Shown here: one piece after another, positions 1-5,098 of the stretch
Layout of the letters: every line of letters starts with the position of its first letter
Position numbering within the stretch: the stretch's first letter is position 1
Assembly (NCBI GenBank): GCA_000388065.2
Contig: KB932206.1
Length of the DNA stretch: 5,371 bases
Source: Fonticula alba ATCC 38817
Taxonomy: Eukaryota > Protista > Nucleariida
Direction: 5' to 3' (one strand)
Notes under the pieces: generated by a model
Database searches by the model: none
The model's input: the letters and a program-made list of their open reading frames with translations, nothing else
Told to the model about the DNA's origin: nothing
Program-made: the position numbers and the translations under genes

Positions 1-39
1 TGCTCTTGTCTCTTCCTGCTCTTGTCTCTTCCTGCTCTT
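1..39. repeat. 16-nt tandem repeat TGCTCTTGTCTCTTCC x2.4
   Basis: Units at 1-16 and 17-32, partial unit at 33-39. A 17-nt direct repeat CTCCTCTTTTTCCTCCT follows at 44-60 and 73-89. Confidence 0.9.
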
Positions 40-174
40 CTCTCTCCTCTTTTTCCTCCTGCTTCCTCTCGCCTCCTCTTTTTCCTCCTCATCTCCTCCT
101 CATCTCTTCCTTTGATCGCCCTCACTCTCCCCCATGCCCCCTCTTTCCCGGCCCTGCCCTCCGCCACCGTGCAG
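1..174 (+). other. 3' part of a spliceosomal intron (long C/T-rich tract, CTCAC at 121-125, CAG acceptor)
   Basis: Almost purely pyrimidine over 1-165, with no AG before 173-174. DDB1-like sequence starts right after it. Confidence 0.75.
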
Positions 175-668
175 TCCACCTCGCCGACAGCGGTGTCGGT
201 GGTCCGGCCCCCGAGCAACCTCAATGGCTCGGAGTCGGCCAGTCTCTTTGTCACCTCGGCCTCGGGCAGTCATGCCCTGGTGCAACTCCTGTCGGCCGGC
301 TTGCCGCCCGGTCCGCCATCCAGCCCGCCGGCCCCCGAGCCGCTGGGCTCCGAAGCCGTGTCCGGGCCCCGGGGCCCGGCCGAGCTCCTGGCCGGCGGCC
401 GTCCCGGGGCCCTGATCCACGCGGCCGGCGCCTCGTCCAAGCGCCCGGCCCTGGCCTTCCTGCGCTTTGCCTCGGTCATCGAGTCCCTCGGGCCGGTGTT
501 GGATTTGGCCCCGGTGCCCGAGCCCGAGGGGACACTGCTTGCATGCGCCGGATCCCAGGCCGACGGCCGCGTGGCCGCCCTCTCGCAAGGGATCCCCCTG
601 GAGCTGGTGGGCCGCGTGCCGGTGCATGGCCCGGCCGCCGGGTCGCTTGCCGACAGCTGGACATGGAG
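175..668 (+). CDS. DDB1: DDB1-like exon (end of propeller A / start of propeller B)
   Basis: Starts after the first AG in the window (GCAG, AG at 173-174). Frame 1 reads STSPTAVSVV...LFVTSASGSHALVQLL...ESLGPVLDL...SQGIPLELVGRVPV...DSWTW. Ends at the donor AG|GTATGG (669). The 5' boundary is less certain; ACAG at 190 is an alternative. Confidence 0.8.
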
Positions 669-3600
669 GTATGGCCCGTCGCGGGAGGGGGTGCGGCAGG
701 GGGGGGGGGGATTTCGCATGGCCCGCAAGCCATGTGCCCTTTGCCGCTCGCCACGGGCAGGAGTTTCTGACTGACACGCGTGCGCCTGCCGCCAGCGAGC
801 CGGACGACCGCGCGGTCCTAGTTTGGACCACCGGCCGGGATGGGCCCCTGGCCGGGGCCATTTTCCAAACCACCGACCCGGCCGCGCCTGTCCTCTTGAC
901 CGAGCCCACGCTGGCTCTGCTTGATCGTCTGCGCCGGGCCCCACATGGCCCGGAGGCGGGCCCCCCGCTGCTGGTCCTCCCTGGAGCGTCTGCCCCCACG
1001 GTAGTGCGTACTTCTGCAAATCCTCCTCCTCCTCTGTCTCCTTCCCTCTCTTTCATTTGATCTCCCTCCGCTCTTCTCTCTCTCCGCTCTCCTCCCCACG
1101 CTCTCCTCCCCACGCTCTCCTCTCCACGCTCTTCCTTCGCTGCCCCCCTCCTCAGCCAGCCACGCCTCTGACCCATTCGCCACCGGCTCGGCTCCACTCG
1201 AAGGTCCATCCCCGGGGCATCCTCACACTGACGGCCGATGGCATCGCCGACACCTGGACCCCGCCGGCCGAGTGGCAGGGGATCGACGCGGCGGTCGCCT
1301 TCCCGACACCCGGGTCCAATGCCACGTTGCCCGCACTCGTGCTTTTGCACCGCCAACGGACGGCCGTGGCCCTGGTGGCCCCCCCTGCCGGGCCGCACCA
1401 GTCCTGGGAAATCCTGTGCGTACCCTTGCTCCGACCGGGGGGCCGCCGCTCCCCTGCGCCCGCATGGGCCATTGCCCGACACTGACTCCCCCGGCACTGG
1501 CCCGCCAGTGACACCCGGGACTTTGCATGCGAGGTGGCCACGGTCTGCCCGCTTGCTCATCCAACTCGCACGGTGGCCGTGTCCCTCTGGGATGGGACCC
1601 TGCAACTGGCGGCCTTCGGCCCGGGTACGCTGGCCCACCGGGCCAGCACCATCCTCCGGTCCTTGGAGGATCCGGTGGTGGCGCTGGTCGCGGCCGCGGT
1701 CGACAAGACCGAGACCTCCGGCTCGGCGTCCCTCCTGGTCGGCCTGACGGTCCGGGGGCGGGTGCGTCTGTTTGGCGCCTCGGACGCCGGGCTCCAGGCG
1801 CTGGGCGACCCGGCCTCCGGGGACACCCTCCCCGGCCGGGTTTTCGGCCCGCGAAGCATCATCCCCCTGGCAAGCCCCATGGATGGGCCGGCCTCGGGGA
1901 GGGGTCTTCGGCTCCTGGTGGCCGGCACCCCGCCGGCCCTGCTCACGGTGGAGACCGACAGCCGCGGGGCCACCGGCGCCTGGACCTCGCTGGCTCGAGT
2001 GGCCACGCAGCCGAGCAGGCTGGCCACCCGGGCCGACGGCCACATCGACCCCTGCCCCCGGCCGCTTGGCCTGCAGGGGCACATCCTCTGGGCGCACGAT
2101 GGGCAGCAGCTGCTGCTCTATCGCCTGGCCCGGCCGGCGCGCGCGTGCGGCCTGCCCGCCGGGGCACCGGGCCTCGGGGGGACCCTCTGCGTGGCCAGCC
2201 TCCCGGCGGACATCTTCCGCCTGGACCCAGCCCCGACCGGGGCCCCGACCACCACCGAACACCCGGGGCCCTCCTTCGAGTCGCCCTTCCGCCTGGCGGC
2301 GCACCCGGCCACCGGGTCGGTGGCTGTGTTGACCACGCGCCCGGCGGCGGGGCCCGCGGACTCGGACGCGCCGGGCCCCGCCCCCGGGCCCGACACCCCG
2401 ATGGCCGACGGCGACGCCCCCCTGCCGCCGGAGCACTTCAACCAGCAGGGCCTCATTCGGCTTTTGTCCTTGGACCTGACGACCGGTGCGTGTGGGTGGC
2501 GGCCGCTGCCTCGTCCGGCTTGGGGGCCTCCCTCTGCCGGGGTTTCTTTTTTTCCTTCCTTCGCTCACGGTCCCCCCCCCCCGCCCTGCCGGGTCTCCTT
2601 TGCCCGGGGCCCGACACGATGCCGACCTGCCGGGGTGTAGAACGCGCCACCTTCGCCCTGGGCTCGGATGAGACGCCGATGTCGGTGACGACGGCGCGCG
2701 TGTCGCTGGACCCGGCGGCCGGCGCACCGGTCGAGGAAATCCTGGTCGTCGGCACGGCCTTCATCCTGCTGACCGAGGACGAGCCCTCGCGCGGGCGCAT
2801 CCTCCTCTTCCGTGTCCGGTCCCCCGGCCAGCCGGCGGCGCGGCCGGTGTCGCCCGGGTCCATGTCCCGGGCGACCGGCGGCGCCGGCGCCGGCGATGGG
2901 CCCGACGCCCATGGCGGCCGCCCGGGGACCTGGGCACTGGAGCTCCTCTCCTCGGTGGACACCTTCGGCGCGGTGTACAGCCTGGCGGCCATGAGCCCGG
3001 GGCGCCTGGCGGCCGGCATCAATGGCCGGATTGTGGTGTACTCGATCCAGGCCGACCGAGCGGCCGGGCCATCGCCCGGGGACTCGCTGACGCTGGCCCT
3101 GCGGCCGGAGTCCGGCATTTACCGGCACGCGCTGTGTGTGGCATTGGACGCGCGCCCGGGGCGCCTCCCGGGCCCGGCGGGGGCCCGGAGCTCGGCCGAC
3201 ACCGGGGGGCCCTCCGGCACCGAGGACGCCCCCTTCGACCTGGGCCTGGCCGGGTGGCTGGGCCCGGCGCCGGGGATCCCGGCCGGCGGGTCGCTCCCCT
3301 CCAGTGCCAGCCTGCCGGCGCTCGGGCGCCCGGATGGCAATGGCCCGGCCACCGGCCCCGGGCCGGCCACCGAGCAGGAAGCCGCCATCACGGCCAACAC
3401 CACGGCCTACCTGCAGTCGGACAAGATTGCCGCCGGGGATTCCATGTCCGCGGTGACGCTGTACAGCTATGGCACCGGCGGCCCGGGGCCCGGGTCGCCC
3501 GGGCGCGCCGGCTCCGGCGGCCCTGCCCGCCCGCCCGCGGGGCACATCCAGTTCGAGAGCGAGTACCCGGAGAATGCCTTCATTTCGGCGGTCTGCTTTG

Positions 3601-4605
3601 CCGACGACTCGGGGCATGAGTGCGTCGCTGGTCCTTCCCTTGCCCTGCCCTCGCCCGGTCTTGCCGCCCTCTTCGCCGCCTTGCTCGCCGCCTCTTGCCA
3701 ATGCGCCACTGACCCTCCCTGTGCCACGCGCCGGCGGCGGGGGCCGACGACACAACCACACACAACACACACAACACACACAACACACACAACGACCCAA
3801 CCGCCCAACCGCCCAACCGCCCAACCGCCCAACCCCATGCAGCGTCATTGCCGGGTCCATCGACGGGACGCTCCTGGTGCTGAGCCACCCGCGCAGCACG
3901 CGGGCTGGTGGCCACCGGGCGATGCAGGCCTCCCCGAGCGTGCACCATGCGGGCATGGGCTTCTCCATCCGCCGGGTGGTGGCGGCCGGCTTGCGGCCGC
4001 GGTGGCGACGCCATGTGGCCTCGGCCGGCTCGCTGGCACACGCCACCGACACCGACACCGACACCGCCGCCGGCCTGGTTGGCCGCGGCTTTGGCCGGCT
4101 GTGCCTGGACCCGGCCGGGCGCTTTGTGTATGGCACTTCCGGCGGCGGGCTCCACACGGTGGATGTCCTGCGCCCGCCGGCGGAGCCGGACCACCCGGCT
4201 GCCGGTGCCCCCGCCCCGGCCTCCGGCAGCTGGCCCCCCCCCACCGCCGGGGCCCTCTGGCGCCTGCTGGCCGACTTGCTGCTGCACCTGCACCAGCTGA
4301 CTGGCAGCCTGCCCACCCCGGTGCCGCTGGCCGGCTTCGCTGGCCCCGACGCCCGGGACCATGCACGCCTGGCCCTGGTCCAGCTGATGGAAAAGGCCGC
4401 TGCCCGGGGTTTGCCGGCTGCGCGGAAACACCGCGCCGGCACGGCCGTCCTCCTGGATGGCGACCTCATCCGGGCCGTCATCCGGCTCTGCCAGCGTGCG
4501 GGCGAAGGCTGGCTACTGCGTGTGCTCCATCTGGCCGATGTGTATCTATTGGACCTGGCGGAGCCGGATTTGTACCGGCTCCTGGCTGATGGCCTTGGGT
4601 GCTGA
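175..4605 (+). CDS. DDB1: DDB1-like protein (DNA damage-binding protein 1, CUL4 E3 ligase adaptor family), 5'-partial, 6 exons: join(175..668,796..1003,1204..1415,1509..2485,2641..3619,3843..4605)
   Basis: Manual splicing gives 3633 nt = 1211 codons, with compatible phases at all five junctions (2,0,2,1,2). Motifs are colinear with DDB1 as I recall it: ESLGPVLDL~TNLGPIVDM; LLACAGSQADGRV~LVTCSGAFKEGSL; VSLWDG~IGLWTD; ESPFRL~ESPRKI; VGTAFILLTEDEPSRGRILLFRV~[38 protein letters not shown]~GAVYSM..LLASINSTV; IAAGDSMSAV~ILVGDLMRSV; FVYGTSGG~VLFGTVNG; LLDGDLI~FIDGDLI. Matches are closer to DDB1 than to SF3B3 or CPSF1. Ortholog versus paralog status is unresolved. Confidence 0.85.
669..795 (+). other. 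Spliceosomal intron, 127 nt, phase 2
   Basis: GTATGG donor, G12 run at 699-710, CTGACTGAC at 767-775, CAG acceptor; frame changes from 1 to 2. Confidence 0.8.
796..1003 (+). CDS. DDB1: DDB1-like exon (propeller B)
   Basis: CAG acceptor ends at 795, 20 nt after CTGACTGAC, and matches the phase-2 donor. The junction reads WTW-S-EPDDRAVLVWT, similar to DDB1 LWPLRS..DDTLVLSF. Donor is GTGCGT at 1004 or GTAGTG at 1001. Confidence 0.75.
1004..1203 (+). other. Spliceosomal intron, 200 nt, phase 0
   Basis: GTGCGT donor, pyrimidine microsatellite body, CTGAC at 1168-1172, AAG acceptor; frame changes from 2 to 1. Confidence 0.75.
1087..1128. repeat. 14-nt tandem repeat CTCTCCTCCCCACG x3 (intronic)
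   Basis: Units at 1087-1100 and 1101-1114 are identical; 1115-1128 has one mismatch. Confidence 0.9.
1204..1415 (+). CDS. DDB1: DDB1-like exon (propeller B)
   Basis: The acceptor AAG (1201-1203) is the first AG after CTGAC 1168-1172. Reads VHPRGILTLTADGIADTWTPPAEWQGIDAAVA, similar to ITSASVRLVS..LVSEWKEP..NISVAS. Donor GTGCGT at 1416, phase 2. Confidence 0.75.
1416..1508 (+). other. Spliceosomal intron, 93 nt, phase 2
   Basis: GTGCGT donor, CTGAC at 1482-1486 and CAG acceptor. Removing it deletes the in-frame TGA at 1483-1485 and joins two frame-1 DDB1-like segments. Confidence 0.85.
1509..2485 (+). CDS. DDB1: DDB1-like exon (propeller B, B-A linker, start of propeller C)
   Basis: CAG acceptor ends at 1508, after CTGAC 1482-1486. 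The junction WEIL-DTRDFACEVATV resembles ISHTEMEHEVACL. Contains VAVSLWDGTL, LLVGLTVRGRV, ESPFRLAAHPATGSVAVLTTR and LIRLLSLDLTT. Donor GTGCGT at 2486, phase 1. Confidence 0.85.
2486..2640 (+). other. Spliceosomal intron, 155 nt, phase 1
   Basis: GTGCGT donor, T-run and C11 run (2572-2582), TAG acceptor; frame changes from 1 to 3. No CTGAC; branch candidates are CTCAC 2564-2568, CCGAC 2611-2615 and CCGAC 2622-2626. Confidence 0.82.
2641..3619 (+). CDS. DDB1: DDB1-like exon (propeller C)
   Basis: TAG acceptor ends at 2640 and is phase-compatible. The junction RLLSLDLTT-E-RATFALGSDETPMSV aligns without gaps to plant-type DDB1 RLLDDQTFEFMSTYPLDSFEYGCSI (from memory). Contains VGTAFILLTEDEPSRGRILLFRV, GAVYSL, IAAGDSMSAV and AFISAVCFADD. 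Donor GTGCGT at 3620, phase 2. Confidence 0.88.
3757..3792. repeat. 9-nt tandem repeat CACACACAA x4 (intronic)
   Basis: Four perfect units starting at 3757, 3766, 3775 and 3784. Confidence 0.95.
3796..3834. repeat. 8-nt tandem repeat CCCAACCG x4.9 (intronic)
   Basis: Perfect units starting at 3796, 3804, 3812 and 3820, plus CCCAACC at 3828-3834. Confidence 0.95.
3843..4605 (+). CDS. DDB1: DDB1-like terminal exon (end of propeller C and C-terminal helical domain)
   Basis: CAG acceptor ends at 3842 and is phase-compatible. The junction gives DDSGH-D-VIAGSIDGTLLVL. Contains FVYGTSGGGLHTV, LWRLLADLLLHLHQL and LLDGDLI. TGA at 4603-4605. Confidence 0.85.
4045..4065 (+). repeat. Coding hexamer repeat ACCGAC x3.5 encoding TDTDTDT
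   Basis: Read directly; lies in an expanded loop of the DDB1-like terminal exon. Confidence 0.85.
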
Positions 4606-4879
4606 GCCGACGTGGGGCGCCGAAGGGCCGAGCAGAGAGCAGGGAAAGAGGGGACGGACCCGGGAGCAGAGGCCAGAGCCGACCCGCTTCCCCCTCCCCC
4701 GCGCGCGCGCTCTCCCTCGGTCGCGCGTGCATACATCTCCGTATGGGGGAATATACCATTGCGCGTCAAGCCTCAAGGGCGACACCATGGCCGGCAGGAA
4801 GCCGGGGAGGACAGGCGGAAGGAGGGAGGCAGGGAGTGATGGGGGGGGGGCCAGCGGGCCGGGCGGGGGAAGGCGGCCT
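4606..4879. other. 274-nt convergent intergenic region (3' UTRs of DDB1-like and PIG-F)
   Basis: Lies between TGA 4603-4605 (+) and TGA 4882-4880 (-). No AATAAA on either strand; one AT-richer island at about 4728-4760. Confidence 0.8.
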
Positions 4880-5098
4880 TCACCGGCGGTGCACGCTGGC
4901 CGCCTCGGCCGGAGCCCGGTCGCCGGAAGCAACCACCGCCCCATCGGCCGCCTCCTGGTCCGGGCTCAGGGTCTCAAGGCGCAGCCGGGGGTCGGCCGTC
5001 GGGTCGGCGTCACTGGCGAAGCGATCCATCAGCAGGGCAAACACCGCGCCCAGCAGATGCCCGGCCACGGCGCCGTAAACCGCCGGGATGGGCCAGGC
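4880..5098 (-). CDS. PIGF: PIG-F terminal exon
   Basis: Minus-strand acceptor GTCCAG (AG at 5100-5099); 72 codons AWPIP...SVHRR plus TGA. Confidence 0.88.
   Translation of the reverse strand, partial: AWPIPAVYGAVAGHLLGAVFALLMDRFASDADPTADPRLRLETLSPDQEAADGAVVASGDRAPAEAASVHRR

Larger units (their letters stand above)
3620..3842 (+). other. Spliceosomal intron, 223 nt, phase 2
   Basis: GTGCGT donor, pyrimidine tract, CTGAC at 3709-3713, AC-rich tandem repeats and CAG acceptor. There is no internal AG; frame changes from 3 to 1. Confidence 0.82.

Noticed and set aside
691-760. Alternative intron GTGCGG(691)...CAG(760), both phase 0
   Set aside because: It is frame-compatible but has no branch motif upstream of 760 and would leave CTGACTGAC in the exon. 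The 669-795 model aligns better with DDB1.
100-2727. 875-aa minus-strand ORF
   Set aside because: Arg/Gly/Pro-rich with no recognisable motif. It is antisense to the DDB1-like exons and crosses introns; stops are rare at this GC level, so it is a shadow frame.
3134-3416. The large propeller-C insert as an unrecognised intron (GTGTGT...CTGCAG)
   Set aside because: The phases are incompatible, there is no pyrimidine tract or CTGAC, and the frame is open throughout.
3757-3834. Tandem repeats as a CRISPR array or mobile element end
   Set aside because: The units are 8-9 nt with no spacers, terminal inverted repeats, target-site duplication or nearby transposase or cas sequence.
4234-4242. Coding C9 run as a programmed frameshift or phase-variation site
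   Set aside because: It encodes PPP in a Pro-rich loop, the frame is intact on both sides, and there is no slippery heptamer or downstream structure evident.
1527-4589. 1020-aa plus-strand ORF as a single gene
   Set aside because: Only 2641-3619 is DDB1-like. The flanks are off-frame readings of exons 4 and 6 and of two introns.
175-4605. Assignment to SF3B3 or CPSF1 instead of DDB1
   Set aside because: The diagnostic segments (E.EP..GRI..F, GAVYS, GD.M..V, GLW/SLW, ESP.) match DDB1 better by eye. A profile search is still needed to exclude the others formally.
4591-4605. C-terminal Cys (GLGC*) as a prenylation signal
   Set aside because: It is not a CaaX, CC or CXC motif.
2565-4769. 734-aa minus-strand ORF
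   Set aside because: Same shadow effect; it translates the intronic repeats (CVCCVCC) and has no family signature.
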